DNA of 64,000 nt, taken from positions 1,612,001 through 1,676,000 of the forward strand of contig OZ193910.1 of assembly GCA_964276515.1 (NCBI GenBank), read 5' to 3'. Both the position numbers and the translations under genes were made by a program. The notes beneath the pieces were generated by a model. It saw only the letters and a list, made by a program, of their open reading frames with translations, made no database searches and had not been told where the DNA came from. Source of the stretch: Gordius albopunctatus. Its lineage: Eukaryota. Shown here one piece after another: positions 63,183 to 64,000 of this stretch. Position 1 is the stretch's first letter. Every line of letters begins with the position of its first letter.

Positions 63183-63392
63183 TGAGCTGAATAATATACT
63201 TTCGAAAGAGGTGGTTAAAATATTTATTATATAATTCCAAAATAATACAAGATAAAAATTATTCGGTAAACGAATTAATACAGCTGTAATAATAATATAT
63301 TTTCGTCAATACGTTACAATGTCGATAATTCACTTTTATATAATACAAGTTATAATACTAATTCCTGCATGGAGAAGTTACAACTCCTTACA
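63183..63392 (-). mobile_element. Short LTR (~210 bp) followed by a tRNA-Leu PBS
   Basis: Minus strand TGTAAGGAG...CAGCTCA with internal TATATAAAAG and AATAAA, then after 7 nt TGGTGTCAGAAGTGGGAT; the whole insert 63086-63392 is flanked by AGTTCA repeats. Confidence 0.7.
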
Positions 63393-64000
63393 AGTTCATA
63401 GTTCATTTTGGAAAATAAAATTAGTTTTAGTTCAAGTTCAAATTTTACAAAATGAACTAGTTCAAGTTCAATTCACAGTTCATTTCATTAAAAAAATATA
63501 TTATAGAATTTTAATCCGATCCGAGAGGTTTTTGAAAAACGTTCTGATTAAAAATCACTTCTAAATCCAATCCGCAATTTTAAAACTCTATGAATCAAAT
63601 TTTTATTTATGATTAAGTTTATTTAAACTTATTGTTTATTTTAAGTTAGAAATAGCCCATTATAAAATCTAAGTTAATAAACATTTTTCATATATCAATA
63701 AGCTTTTTTATACAAAACTAAATTAGCCATATAATAACAATTATATGTGTAAAACTTTTGATTTCAAACAATATAACTGTCGTGGTTTCTTCTGCGCTAA
63801 CCCTCACCTTTCTCTCTCTCTCTCCTTGCAATTGATGATAGAAATCAAGGGGAAATAGATGGGAAACTTCAATAATATATTATTTTCAGAATTATTATTT
63901 AATAAAGATGAAAGTTTATCCACAAAGAGAGGTTTTCCTAAATTGAACAGTCTTTCAACAAGAGCACTAGATGGAATGCAAACGTTATATTTAATAAAAA

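Larger units (their letters stand above)
63041..64000 (-). mobile_element. hAT element related to 13314-14578 (3' end; runs beyond the window)
   Basis: TAGAGCTGTTAAAGTTCATC matches the terminus at 14559-14578; AGTTCA subterminal repeats; minus-strand FIKYNVCIPSSALVERLFNLGK...NNILLK at ~63865-63998. Confidence 0.88.

Overview
AT-rich eukaryotic (most likely invertebrate animal) genomic window with spliceosomal introns, some only 35-47 nt, and two 200-N scaffolding gaps. Host genes: the 3' part of cytoplasmic leucyl-tRNA synthetase (14 exons reconstructed), an intronless rhodopsin-type GPCR, an intronless PKA-catalytic-like kinase, a candidate small secreted orphan gene, a SERTA-domain gene, a carbohydrate sulfotransferase, an ECH1-like dienoyl-CoA isomerase and an EGLN/PHD prolyl hydroxylase. 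The 7.2 kb between the gaps is a near-identical inverted copy of 50848-58073 and is probably an allelic haplotig mis-scaffolded inside a Helitron-like repeat. Mobile DNA is abundant: two RTE-type LINEs, three hAT elements, several MITE families, a piggyBac remnant and Penelope-type hammerhead ribozyme relics. Two items stand out. (1) A GC-rich 2.9 kb insert (41004-43890) with ORF1 plus an overlapping RT-RNase H pol and no recognisable integrase, recombinase, protease, LTR or TSD. Its ends share GGAAAA, so it closes into a roughly 2.6 kb almost fully coding circle, and its pol N-terminus resembles by eye the hepadnaviral terminal protein. It is a candidate endogenised hepadna/nackedna/HEART-like reverse-transcribing replicon, or a recombinase-less DIRS derivative, and carries an inverted arm that supplies the RNase H deleted from the main copy. 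(2) A short LTR whose primer-binding site continues as a 60-nt copy of mature tRNA-Leu including CCA, with a G at position 58 and a break at position 26/27, as expected if RT read through m1A58 and stopped at m2,2G26. All alignments were made by eye; no database searches were run.
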